In this document: positions 46,943-56,573 of the stretch, piece after piece | Position numbering within the stretch: the stretch's first letter is position 1 | Layout of the letters: every line of letters begins with the position of its first letter | NCBI GenBank assembly: GCA_043814605.1 | Contig: JBDRJV010000035.1 | Location: 10,275-74,274 of the forward strand | Length of the DNA stretch: 64,000 nt | DNA from: Candidatus Omnitrophota bacterium | Lineage (GTDB): Bacteria > Omnitrophota > Gorgyraeia > B26-G9 | Direction: 5' to 3' | Position numbers and translations under genes: made by a program | The notes under the pieces: model-generated | What the model was told of the DNA's origin: nothing | The model's database searches: none | What the model saw: the letters and a program-made list of their open reading frames with translations, nothing else

Positions 46943-48649
46943 TTAATCAGAAAGTTTAAACTTGCCGACTAAATCTTTAAGATCCGAAGCTAGTCTTGCT
47001 AATTCTTCTGCTGAGGCGGTTAATTCCTGCATGGAAGCTGTTTGTTCTTCAGATGAACTGGATGCTTCTTGTGCTGCTGTGGCTGATTCTTCCGCCACAA
47101 CCGCAACTTCATCAACCGCTTTAACGATTTCCTGAGAATTAGCTAATTGATTTTGTGTAGCCATTGTAATTTCATTAACCATCGTTGCAGATATTTTTGC
47201 AGCGTTAATAATATCAATAAGTGTATTTGACACCTGTTTAACAATCTCCCGCCCTTCGGTAACTTCTTTTGTGCCGGCTTCCATGGAAGCCACTGCTTTG
47301 GGTGTTTCCACCTGAATCCCTTTAATTAATATGCCGATTCTTCTGGCTGCTTCGGCTGAGCCTTCCGCTAATTTTCTCACCTCTTCGGCAACTACGGCAA
47401 ATCCTCTCCCCGCATCACCAGCCCGGGCAGCTTCAATTGCCGCATTAAGCGCTAAAAGATTAGTTTGATCCGCAATATTCGTAATTGTCTCTGTAATTTG
47501 TCCGATTTGCTGTGTTTTTTCCCCTAAGGTAAGCACTACTGTGGCTGCATTCATAACCGTATCCGTAATTTTATTCATTGTTTCTACTGCCGCAGTTGTT
47601 GATTTTCCGCCGGTTTTAGCTTGCTCTAAAGACCTTTCTGAGGATTTTGTCGCGGCTTGCGCATTTTCCGCAACACTGCGGACTGAATCTGCCATATCCT
47701 CCATAAGACTAGATGTATCTTCGACGCGCTTTGCCTGGGTACTAACTCCGTTAGCAATCTTTTGTATGGTGGATGAAATTTCTTCGGTGGAAGCATTCAT
47801 TTCTTTTGTGGAACTTGAAATTTCTTCGGCAAAACTAGAAACTTTTCCGGATAAATCCTGAATATGTTTGACCATCTTATGCAAATTTTTAATTATAGAA
47901 TTAAAAACACCCGCTAATATCCCAATCTCATCTTGAGATATTATGGGAATCCCTTTTGTTAAATCTCCCTCTGCCGCCGGCATTGCCGTTTTAATTAAAA
48001 TATTAATTGGTTTAATCACCACTTTACGCAGTAAAATTATGAGCAATATCATAATTGCAGTAAAATTAAAAAGCAAAATTAAAACATTTTGAATTTTAAC
48101 CGCACCCAGTGATTTTTCAAAATTATCCCGGGAAAAATCTATCCCCAAAACGCCTAAAATTTTTAAAGTATCTGCGTGGCATTTTTGACAATCTTTACTG
48201 TTCTTAACAGGAACATACGTTCTAAGAATTTTTTTTCCCTTATCCACAATTTTAGTCAGCATTATACCCTGATTTTTTAAATTAATATGTTGTTTCGCTT
48301 CTTCTAGTATTTGATTAATTTCAATTTTTTGATTTAACTTGCTTTTATCTGTAGTTCTTTTTATCAGTCCGGCATGATTAGCGAGAAAAATAGATTGAAT
48401 TTCTGGTTCTTTTGCTAAAAAACTAAAAACTTGTTCTACCTCTTCCTGTTTACCAGAAAGCATGGGAAAATAAATCGCATTTAAACCGCTGGTGGTAAGA
48501 GTACGGGTAAGTTTTATTTCTAAATCAGAAAATATCCTGCTTTGTGAGTTAATATTATAAACAGTAGTCATGCCCATGACCAGAAATAAACCAATCCCCA
48601 TCCAAAGCAGAATTTTAAATTCTAGATTATTTGGTAAAAATTTAAACAC
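46943..48649 (-). CDS. Methyl-accepting chemotaxis protein with a periplasmic domain carrying a CXXCH haem-c-binding motif (DcrA-like)
   Basis: TM1 at residues 13-33. A roughly 150-aa periplasmic domain contains CQKCH. TM2, then a methyl-accepting signalling domain with a conserved hairpin ([41 protein letters not shown]). Confidence 0.85.
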   Translation of the reverse strand: MFKFLPNNLEFKILLWMGIGLFLVMGMTTVYNINSQSRIFSDLEIKLTRTLTTSGLNAIYFPMLSGKQEEVEQVFSFLAKEPEIQSIFLANHAGLIKRTTDKSKLNQKIEINQILEEAKQHINLKNQGIMLTKIVDKGKKILRTYVPVKNSKDCQKCHADTLKILGVLGIDFSRDNFEKSLGAVKIQNVLILLFNFTAIMILLIILLRKVVIKPINILIKTAMPAAEGDLTKGIPIISQDEIGILAGVFNSIIKNLHKMVKHIQDLSGKVSSFAEEISSSTKEMNASTEEISSTIQKIANGVSTQAKRVEDTSSLMEDMADSVRSVAENAQAATKSSERSLEQAKTGGKSTTAAVETMNKITDTVMNAATVVLTLGEKTQQIGQITETITNIADQTNLLALNAAIEAARAGDAGRGFAVVAEEVRKLAEGSAEAARRIGILIKGIQVETPKAVASMEAGTKEVTEGREIVKQVSNTLIDIINAAKISATMVNEITMATQNQLANSQEIVKAVDEVAVVAEESATAAQEASSSSEEQTASMQELTASAEELARLASDLKDLVGKFKLSD

Positions 48650-49046
48650 TAATGCCCCCTTATTTTAAAAAATTATATTTAGGCACAAAAATACCCTCTC
48701 CAGAATCTTTATTCTGAGATTCTTTGGCAAAAGAAGTAAAATTTTTTTTAGATAATAACACAATTTTTTTACAAAACAAATTGCAATAACTTAAGTTAAG
48801 TCTGTTTTAATCATACTGAAAAAACCAGTTACTGTCAAGCACAAAATCGTCGGTGATATAGAAAAAAATAAGTATTTATTAAATAGAATATTAAAGTTAA
48901 CAATTCTTATATGTTATTTTAAAATATGTTTTACGAATATCCCTGAATAATTTTTCTGGAATAATTTCATCATCTACGATCCCAGAGAATCCTCATGTAT
49001 TTATACTTGAATTTAAACTTGGGGTTTAGGCATTTTTATTAAAATT

Positions 49047-49085
49047 AAAAACCCCTGTTAAATTAATAACAGGGGTTTTTAAAAA
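49047..49085. terminator. Bidirectional rho-independent terminator aaaaacccctgtta-aattaa-taacaggggttttt
   Basis: Stem of about 10 bp with a GC core, flanked by A and T runs on both sides. It lies 19 nt past the stop of the porin-like gene. Confidence 0.8.
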
Positions 49086-49103
49086 TACTCTTTGTGAATC
49101 AGC

Positions 49104-50468
49104 TTAGAACTTTACGCCAATTTCAGCCATGATCTGAGTAGCAGTTTCATCAACCTTTTTGCCGCTATTCGCCCCAGAATCTATTGTTCCATAATAACTT
49201 CCTGGGAAAAACCAGGCTAAACTCAGGCCAAGGTTAACATCTTCTGTATATGCATATTTTGCATATAAATCAAGTTCCTCCCCAGCATCATCATCTTTTT
49301 GTAAACCAGTGGTGTTTGCGCCTACAGCTGGTGCAGTTATTTCTTCGGCTAATTTATACATCCAAAACTCTGCGCCCACCGTAAGTCTGTCCATAGGAAC
49401 TAAACTGCCGGTTAAAGCAATTGCATTAATATTTGTGTTTGGATCATAAATTATACCGTTGGTCTGATCTTCAAAACCAGCTTGCCATCCTTCAAAATCA
49501 CCCGTTGTTTTGGTTGTATCCTGACCAGAACGATATACCCATTTTACACCAACTTTTGGTGAATATTCATTCTCAATTGCATAATCTAGAGCCAGGTCAT
49601 AAGCATAAGCTTCCAGATCTCTGGTTGCTGCTGCTGTTTTCATATAATCACCAAACTGAGTGGCTAAGCCAACTTTTAAGTTCAAATTTTCTTTTGGCTG
49701 TAGTGTAATACATGTTGCTAATACATATTGGTCTAAAGCTTTTGTACTTGTTAGAGTTGGTCCAGTACCTACTCCTGCGCCTGGTGAATTATAATGAGAA
49801 ATTGATAAATAGGTATCAATTACTGTATTCATATCATCTTCTAATTTATAGATTGTATCAATGGTGTATAATTCAACATCATCAAATGCAGTAGAGGCAG
49901 TTTCCAGAGCTTTTGCTGTTCCAATGCCGATAAATAGAGGGTCATAATCTAAAATACCTACGATCCCATCAAATTCTTTATGCATGGAATAATCTGTACC
50001 CAGGACTGCTTCTCCGGTTCTTGAACCATCACCAATAACTAAGCCATCCGCAACCTTAACCGGCATTCTACCCATTTTAACTGTTAAAGGAGAATAAAGC
50101 ATTTCCTTTAAAGTAATGTAAGAAGCAACCATTAGGATATTAGTTCCTGCTGCGCCGTTTCCGCTCCAGTCTCTTTCATTGCCCATTTGTAAAGTTGCTG
50201 ATACATTATCAGTTAAATCTGCGTCTACGCCTAATTTTGCAATTGTGTTGTACCAATCACGAGATCCTGTGTCCAAAAATGGAGTTAAAGCTCCACCATT
50301 GGTTAAATCTGCTCCGCCGCCTGAACCAGTTGTTGCATAATTATCGCGGACAAAACCACGGATTGTAATTTCTCCGCTAACTTTAATATTTTGTACTTCA
50401 GCAAAAGCTGGTAAGCTCAAAACTGCAACCATGCTTAGTGCTAAAATCATAATCAACATTCGCTTCAT
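49104..50468 (-). CDS. Outer-membrane porin-like beta-barrel protein
   Basis: Signal peptide MKRMLIMILALSMVAVLSLPAFA, Gly/Thr/Asp-rich alternating strands, C-terminal IGVKF. It appears somewhat higher in GC than its neighbours, by eye. Confidence 0.5.
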   Translation of the reverse strand: MKRMLIMILALSMVAVLSLPAFAEVQNIKVSGEITIRGFVRDNYATTGSGGGADLTNGGALTPFLDTGSRDWYNTIAKLGVDADLTDNVSATLQMGNERDWSGNGAAGTNILMVASYITLKEMLYSPLTVKMGRMPVKVADGLVIGDGSRTGEAVLGTDYSMHKEFDGIVGILDYDPLFIGIGTAKALETASTAFDDVELYTIDTIYKLEDDMNTVIDTYLSISHYNSPGAGVGTGPTLTSTKALDQYVLATCITLQPKENLNLKVGLATQFGDYMKTAAATRDLEAYAYDLALDYAIENEYSPKVGVKWVYRSGQDTTKTTGDFEGWQAGFEDQTNGIIYDPNTNINAIALTGSLVPMDRLTVGAEFWMYKLAEEITAPAVGANTTGLQKDDDAGEELDLYAKYAYTEDVNLGLSLAWFFPGSYYGTIDSGANSGKKVDETATQIMAEIGVKF

Positions 50469-50771
50469 GATTTTTTTTCCTCCTGTTTAGTTATTTATCA
50501 AACTAGGTCTATAGGTTTAATATTCTCTATAGTTACCCAGATAATTTCTATTATATCCATTATCACCATATTAGTATAACTTCAGGCTTCTCTAATTACC
50601 CACCTCCTTGGCGCCAGATTAAAGTTATTTATGATGATTATAGCCCTTTTGACTCATTCCCCTTTTACTGTTTAACTTGTGAAAACGAGAAACAATTTCT
50701 TATTCACTAAAATAACACAAACCAACTTTTCTGTCAATCTTTTTTTTGTATAACAATAAATAGTTATTTAT

Positions 50772-51254
50772 TTAGGCTGAATATATTATTGCTTTGTGTA
50801 ATTTTATTTCCTTTTTAACAAGTGCGATAATTTCCGTGATCTTTTTCTTTAAACAAGCAGATAATTCTAATCCTAAGCCTGTTTTTTCCGGAACAATACC
50901 AAAAATAATAGTCTGTGGTAATTTTCCTTGTTTTCGGCAAAATTCAACTGCTTCCATAAACCCAATATTATGTAAGGATATTGATATATCTTGTTTAATA
51001 TCAATACTTTGCGGACTAAATTTGTATATTGTGCCTGGTTTGTCCTTTGTTTTTACAGCATCGATCACAATTAATTTATGAGAAGCCTGTATAACCGGTA
51101 AAAGGTCAAACCCAGCAGTTCCGCCATCAATAATTTCTACATTATCTGGTATTTTTTTTTGCTTTAATTTATTAATCACATGAATCCCAATTCCTTCGTC
51201 CTGAAGCAATAAATTACCTATACCTAGAATTGTGATTTTCTTATAATTTTTCAT
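50772..51254 (-). CDS. [NiFe] hydrogenase maturation endopeptidase (HyaD/HybD/HoxM family)
   Basis: ITILGIGNLLLQDEGIGIHV..DGGTAGFDLL. Confidence 0.85.
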   Translation of the reverse strand: MKNYKKITILGIGNLLLQDEGIGIHVINKLKQKKIPDNVEIIDGGTAGFDLLPVIQASHKLIVIDAVKTKDKPGTIYKFSPQSIDIKQDISISLHNIGFMEAVEFCRKQGKLPQTIIFGIVPEKTGLGLELSACLKKKITEIIALVKKEIKLHKAIIYSA

Positions 51255-51317
51255 TTTTTAAATTTTCTTAACATTAATAAATTCAAATTGTTATAATATT
51301 TAGGAAATTTAAAATAG

Positions 51318-52730
51318 TTAGCAGACTCGGAATTGTTTCATTTTTCCGCTAGGATTAATTAAGTGTACTGCACAAGCTAAACAAGGGTCAAACGAACGCA
51401 CAACACGCACTACTTCAATCGGATTATCAGGATCTGCAACTGGCGTATTAATCAATGCCTGTTCCATTGGGCCTAATTGCATTTTATGATCACGCGGTGA
51501 GCAATTCCAGGTTGTAGGAACAATACATTGATAATTACTGATTTTACTGTTTTCAATTTTTATCCAATGTCCTAGTGCACCGCGGGGAGCTTCGGTTAAC
51601 CCAATACCCTGTGATGACTTAGGTATTTTATAACCATTAAATACCGGTTTGCCGGGAATAAGCTCAGATAGCCAATTTTCCATAGCCTCAATTATTTTTT
51701 TTGTTTCCAAAGCCCGGGCAATATGCCGGTCAATTAAAGATACCCCCTGATGATAATCGCCATTAATCCACATCCGGGCCAAAGGCCCGACTTCGTGGCT
51801 AAGACCATCATAACGCGGCGCTTTTACCCAGGAATAAGCCTTATCTTTATTTATATCCGGCGCAGTATCTGCCGCCTGAACGGGTCTGAGTTTTTTAGCG
51901 CTTTTATACCAGGAAAAAGTCACATCTTCAGTAATTTTATCCGGATTAAATCCTTGCTCATTATTATCAACAAACCGGCCGGGTTTAAAAAACAAATTTT
52001 TTCTTTGATCATCTTGAGCAAAAACTCCGTAGCTTAAAAAATTATTATATCCTGAGCCAATGGTTTTATAATCTTTATATACCTTAGCCAATAACATAAC
52101 ATCCGGCAGATAAACTTGATTAATAAATTGTTTTAACTGCCTTATTCTCCATAAACTCGCCGCAATTTTATCTACACTCACACTCTGGGAAACACCGCCT
52201 GGGGTAATTGACTGGGCCATGGGCATTTTCCCTGACCACACTGCAGCCAGTTCATGTGCCTTAGCACGCATATCTAAAGCTTGTAAATAATGCTCCATAA
52301 GCGTGGCATTATCTGCATTATTAAACAAATAATCACCTTTATAACGCGGCACAAAAGGAGCAATTTTATCTCCCTGGACATAATCAAGAATAGCTAAATG
52401 ATAAAAATGTAAAATATGAGATTGAATAAAATTACTGCCTAAGATTAAGTTTCTGATTATTCGGCCATTTGCCGGCGGAATAACTTTAAACGCAGAATCA
52501 AGATTCAGCGCTGCAGCTTGAGCATGGCTCACCGGGCAAACACCGCAAATCCGCTGGGTAATCATCTGCGCATCACGCGGATCACGGCCCTTTAAAATCA
52601 CCTCTATGCCCCGCCATAATGTACCCATCACCCGCGCATCAATCACTTTAGAATTATCAACTTCAACCTCGATTTTTAAATGCCCTTCAATACGTGTAAT
52701 CGGATCAATCACTATTTTTTGTTTAGCCAT
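51318..52730 (-). CDS. [NiFe] hydrogenase large subunit
   Basis: N-terminal RICGVCPVSHAQAAAL (RxCGxCxxxH) and C-terminal DPCLACAVH (DPCxxCxxH) Ni-binding motifs. At 470 aa it is unusually short for a Tat-exported group-1-type enzyme. Confidence 0.9.
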   Translation of the reverse strand: MAKQKIVIDPITRIEGHLKIEVEVDNSKVIDARVMGTLWRGIEVILKGRDPRDAQMITQRICGVCPVSHAQAAALNLDSAFKVIPPANGRIIRNLILGSNFIQSHILHFYHLAILDYVQGDKIAPFVPRYKGDYLFNNADNATLMEHYLQALDMRAKAHELAAVWSGKMPMAQSITPGGVSQSVSVDKIAASLWRIRQLKQFINQVYLPDVMLLAKVYKDYKTIGSGYNNFLSYGVFAQDDQRKNLFFKPGRFVDNNEQGFNPDKITEDVTFSWYKSAKKLRPVQAADTAPDINKDKAYSWVKAPRYDGLSHEVGPLARMWINGDYHQGVSLIDRHIARALETKKIIEAMENWLSELIPGKPVFNGYKIPKSSQGIGLTEAPRGALGHWIKIENSKISNYQCIVPTTWNCSPRDHKMQLGPMEQALINTPVADPDNPIEVVRVVRSFDPCLACAVHLINPSGKMKQFRVC

Positions 52731-52772
52731 AATTTTTAAAGCTCCAAGCTACATGCGGCAAGTTACAGATTT

Positions 52773-53714
52773 TTAGGTTTTAGCTTTAGGAATTTTATGT
52801 TTTGGTAATTTTGCGTATAAAGAAACTCCGTTATCCGGAAACTCTGCTTCACAGCAAGCAATACATCCTGTACCTGAACCAATACACCAATTAACTCCGT
52901 TATTCCAGCGCCGTAAACTACAATCAGCATAAGCTACTGGCCCTTTACAGCCTAATTCCGCTAAACACCCGGGCTGTCCATATTCTGAAGCAAATTCTGC
53001 ATTAGCAAAAAATGAATAATTTGTGCAATTTTCATGAATGTTTTCTTTATAGAACATTGCCGGCCGACCATCCTTTAACAATTCTGGTATACCAAAATTA
53101 AGCACATGCACTATGGTTCCCACAACCCAATCCGGATGCGTCGGACAGCCAGAAATATTAATTACCGGTTTATCTATCTTGCCGCTAACCTCAGCTAAAC
53201 TTTTGACCTGCGTTGGATTAGGTTTTGCTGAGGGAATACCGCCGAATGCAGCGCAAGTGCCTACCGCCATTAGCACTCCTGCATCCGGGACTAAATTCTG
53301 GACTGCTTCAACTAAAGTAATTGGCTGGCCGTTACGTTCGCCAATCGTACAATAAAGACCATTTTCAGCTGTAGGCACTCCGCCTTCAAGAATCAAAATA
53401 AATTTACCTTTAAATTTTTGTGCAGTCTCCTGAATATGGTCAAAAGCAGTCTTTCCTGTACCGGCCATAAGCGTAGGGTGATATTCTAAATTAATAATCT
53501 GAATTAAAACTTCGGCAATCTTAGGGTGAACAGTATTGAGTAAAGAAATAGAACAGCCATTACAACCTGCGCCTTGGAGCCAAATTACCGCAGGTTTATC
53601 AACTCCACTGCCGGTTAATGCTTTGACAATAACCGGATTATAGGAACTGGTTATGGCTGCTGCAGCAGCGGATGAGCTAAAAATTTTTAAAAACTGTCTG
53701 CGGGTAAATTTCAT
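52773..53714 (-). CDS. [NiFe] hydrogenase small subunit, Tat-exported
   Basis: Twin-arginine signal MKFTRRQFLKIFSSSAAAAA and an FeS Cys cluster (GCNGCS, GCP.HP). The start is assigned to the second Met, with GGAG upstream. Confidence 0.9.
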   Translation of the reverse strand: MKFTRRQFLKIFSSSAAAAAITSSYNPVIVKALTGSGVDKPAVIWLQGAGCNGCSISLLNTVHPKIAEVLIQIINLEYHPTLMAGTGKTAFDHIQETAQKFKGKFILILEGGVPTAENGLYCTIGERNGQPITLVEAVQNLVPDAGVLMAVGTCAAFGGIPSAKPNPTQVKSLAEVSGKIDKPVINISGCPTHPDWVVGTIVHVLNFGIPELLKDGRPAMFYKENIHENCTNYSFFANAEFASEYGQPGCLAELGCKGPVAYADCSLRRWNNGVNWCIGSGTGCIACCEAEFPDNGVSLYAKLPKHKIPKAKT

Positions 53715-53782
53715 TTTCCCTTTATTTTCTCCCTGCGTTAAAACAATCAGGCCCTTCAAAAAATATCTTTAAGATGTTTCTT

Positions 53783-53810
53783 ATTTTATTACTTCCCTGC
53801 TTCTAGTCAA
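53783..53810 (-). promoter_or_regulatory. Sigma-70-like promoter of the hydrogenase operon (-35 TTGACT, 16-nt spacer, -10 TAAAAT)
   Basis: Minus-strand TTGACT (53805-53810) and TAAAAT (53783-53788), about 70 nt upstream of the small-subunit ATG. Confidence 0.4.
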
Positions 53811-53852
53811 GATTTTTAATGAGCTCTCTGAAAAACTCCTTAAAACTATATC

Positions 53853-53892
53853 AGAGATTTCTGTATTTTTTTGGACTTTTTCAGAAATCTCT
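53853..53892. terminator. 11-bp inverted repeat agagatttctg..cagaaatctct with a 19-nt loop, between the era stop and the hydrogenase promoter
   Basis: Perfect 11-bp arms. On the minus strand it is followed by GATATAGTTTT. It is a candidate era terminator or an operator. Confidence 0.4.
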
Positions 53893-53906
53893 TAATTGCC
53901 GGAAAT

Positions 53907-54821
53907 TTATTTTATTTCGTATCCTAACCTGCGCAAAAAAGCACTGTCTTTACGCCAATGCGTATGCACTTTTACCCATAATTCCAGAAAAATACTTCTT
54001 TGTAAAAATTCTTCAATTTTTTTTCTGGCTGCTGTACCGATATTTTTAAGCATCTGCCCTTGTTTGCCAATTATAATTTTTTTCTGAGCCTGGCGTTCTA
54101 AAAAAATTGTAGCTTGAATCAATGTTTTCCGGCCGGGATTATTTTTTAAAGCTTGGATTTCCACTGCCACAGAATGCGGAATTTCCTCATGGCATAAATT
54201 AAGCACTTGCTCCCGGATTAATTCCGCCACAATAAAACGCTCATTTTTATCTGTTAACTGATCCTCAGGATAAAATGCCGGCCCCGGCCGCAGGGATTTT
54301 TTGATTTTTTCAAATACAACATCAAGATTTTTACCGCTGAGCCCGGAAACCGGAATAAATTCATCTACCGCTAAATATTGACGCGCCTGGTCTAAAAGCG
54401 GGAAAATTTGATTTTTTTTAATCAGATCAATTTTGTTGATTAAAACACAAGACCAGACATATTTTCCCAACATTTTTTTATTTTTAATCAGTTTGAAAAT
54501 TTCTTGATCCGCAGTTGTTATTCCGCTGGCTGCATCAAGAATAATAACCAGAAGATCCGCATCCTGAGCAGCTTGGGATGCCTGAGACATCATACACTCT
54601 CCCAACTTCGTCTTCGGGACATGCACCCCCGGCGTATCCGTAAAAATAATCTGGCAATTATTTTCACTATAAATACCCATTATGGCATCCCGGGTTGTCT
54701 GAGGTTTGGCGGAAATTATCGAAAGCTTCTGGCCTAAAAAATAATTCAATATTGTGGATTTACCTACATTCGGTTTCCCCAATAAAGTAACATATCCGGA
54801 TTTAAATTTTGTTTTTTTCAC
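53907..54821 (-). CDS. era: GTPase Era
   Basis: G1 GKPNVGKST, G3 DTPG, G4 NKID, and a C-terminal KH domain. Confidence 0.9.
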   Translation of the reverse strand: MKKTKFKSGYVTLLGKPNVGKSTILNYFLGQKLSIISAKPQTTRDAIMGIYSENNCQIIFTDTPGVHVPKTKLGECMMSQASQAAQDADLLVIILDAASGITTADQEIFKLIKNKKMLGKYVWSCVLINKIDLIKKNQIFPLLDQARQYLAVDEFIPVSGLSGKNLDVVFEKIKKSLRPGPAFYPEDQLTDKNERFIVAELIREQVLNLCHEEIPHSVAVEIQALKNNPGRKTLIQATIFLERQAQKKIIIGKQGQMLKNIGTAARKKIEEFLQRSIFLELWVKVHTHWRKDSAFLRRLGYEIK

Positions 54822-54824
54822 GTT

Positions 54825-56087
54825 TTATTTTTTCTGCTTTTTAGTGTTAATTTTCTGGCAATCCTGGGGGCATTTTTCACATTCTGAACCACACGGTTCA
54901 ACGTGAATATTTATTTTATATTTGGGAAAATACTTACGCAATACATTCCTGAGGTCATGCTCAAGTTTATGGGACTGCTCGATATTCATTAATTTTGAAA
55001 TAACAATATGTAAAGTTAAAAAATCACCGCTTTCATTGCTTAAAATTTCTACACCGTGAAAATTTATAATTCTGGGATATCTGGCTATTATTTTCCTTAA
55101 AATTTTAAAAGTAACTGTTTTCTTTTTTCTTTTTGTTTTTTGCAAATCAATATGCACAATGGGACTGGAATTTATCTTCTCGGCGATTCTGGTTTCTACG
55201 GTTGCGGCAATCTGATGCGCGGTAACCGAATCTAATTTGTAGAATACCTCAACGTGCAAAGAAATTGCCTTATGGGTTCCGTAGTCATGGGCCGCGATAT
55301 CATGTACTCCCTGAACGCCTTCTACACTGTAAGCAATAGTTTCAATTTCTTTGCGTAAATTATCATCTAAAGCTTTCCCCAGAAGATGAAAAACAGAGAT
55401 TTTAATTAATTTAATTCCCGTATAAATCACATATGCCGCAACAATTGCCCCAAAAATACTGTCTAAACGAAACATACCAAACATTGAAGCAATCATTGCC
55501 GCAATTACTAAGAGCGTGGAAATTGCATCGGAGCGATGGTGCCAGGCATCAGCATATAAGATTGATGAATCTATTTTTTTTGCTAAATAAAAAGAAAACC
55601 GCGCCAGCCATTCTTTTACCATAACCGAAATAACCAGAATAAAAACAATGCTAAAATTGGTTTTTACTTCCACAGGATTATTAATCCGGCTAAAAGCAGA
55701 TTGCAGAATTTCTACCCCCACCACACACAATAAAACAGCAATAATCAGTGTTGCAATATCCTCTATGCGGCCGTGGCCAAAAGGATGGTCTTTATCCGCC
55801 GGCTTATGCGAAATCGTAAACCCCCAAATCACCACGCCGGAAGTTGCTACATCAGAAACTGTATGCACTGCATCGGCAATAATACTTACACTGCCTGTAT
55901 AAATACCGAGAATAATTTTTACTAAGAATAAAATAACATTAACAATTACGCTAACCCAACCTTCTAAAAAACCAAAACGTATCCGCATTTGATCCGGGTC
56001 AAGTTTGGCCTTTAAATTATTTGAATTAACTGTATTATTGGAACTGTCTATTTTTTTAATTAAAAATTCTGTCAGACTAAATTTCAT
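54825..56087 (-). CDS. Cation diffusion facilitator (CDF) family metal efflux transporter with a C-terminal Cys-rich tail
   Basis: Six TM helices, HxxxD-type motifs (HHRSDAIST), a cytoplasmic C-terminal domain, and a CGSECEKCPQDC tail. Confidence 0.75.
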   Translation of the reverse strand: MKFSLTEFLIKKIDSSNNTVNSNNLKAKLDPDQMRIRFGFLEGWVSVIVNVILFLVKIILGIYTGSVSIIADAVHTVSDVATSGVVIWGFTISHKPADKDHPFGHGRIEDIATLIIAVLLCVVGVEILQSAFSRINNPVEVKTNFSIVFILVISVMVKEWLARFSFYLAKKIDSSILYADAWHHRSDAISTLLVIAAMIASMFGMFRLDSIFGAIVAAYVIYTGIKLIKISVFHLLGKALDDNLRKEIETIAYSVEGVQGVHDIAAHDYGTHKAISLHVEVFYKLDSVTAHQIAATVETRIAEKINSSPIVHIDLQKTKRKKKTVTFKILRKIIARYPRIINFHGVEILSNESGDFLTLHIVISKLMNIEQSHKLEHDLRNVLRKYFPKYKINIHVEPCGSECEKCPQDCQKINTKKQKK

Positions 56088-56120
56088 ATTTTCTTTTTCC
56101 CTTTTTTTCTCTTTTTTTCC

Positions 56121-56573
56121 CTATACACTAAAAAAATCTACTTCGCTAACAACCCTTATCCCCTGATTTTTTAAAAGCGCGGTTAAAATCCCATTGCCGT
56201 TTATTAATCTCTGCTGAAAAGTTCCGTCATATATTTTTCCTACGCCGCAAGCCGCACTCTTAGATTTTAATATTGCCAGGCTGATTTTATTTTCTTGTGC
56301 TAAGTTTTTCGCTTTTTCCGCTCCGTCGAGCAGCTGCGCGGTTACATCCTGGCCTAATTTATTAATCACCTTTGCCTGGTTATTAATAACATCTTCTCCG
56401 CTGCCGCCGATAATCTCACAAGGCGGCCGGGGCACAGGCAATCCGCCCATAACTTCAGGACAGACTAAGATTACTTTGCCTTTTTCTTTTAACTTTACGA
56501 TTAAAGCCAGGGGCTGAGAGAGTCCATCATAACGGCATTTTTCTCCGGCTAAACAAGCACTGGCTAAAATCAT
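56121..56573 (-). CDS. DUF523 (TudS-like) family protein
   Basis: MILASACLAGEKCRYDG N-terminus, characteristic of DUF523. Confidence 0.6.
   Translation of the reverse strand: MILASACLAGEKCRYDGLSQPLALIVKLKEKGKVILVCPEVMGGLPVPRPPCEIIGGSGEDVINNQAKVINKLGQDVTAQLLDGAEKAKNLAQENKISLAILKSKSAACGVGKIYDGTFQQRLINGNGILTALLKNQGIRVVSEVDFFSV

Noticed and set aside
46943-48649. Second c-type haem site or a PAS/Cache fold in the MCP periplasmic domain
   Set aside because: Only one CXXCH is present. The roughly 150-aa periplasmic region is too divergent to assign to PAS or Cache by eye, so only the single haem-binding motif is reported.
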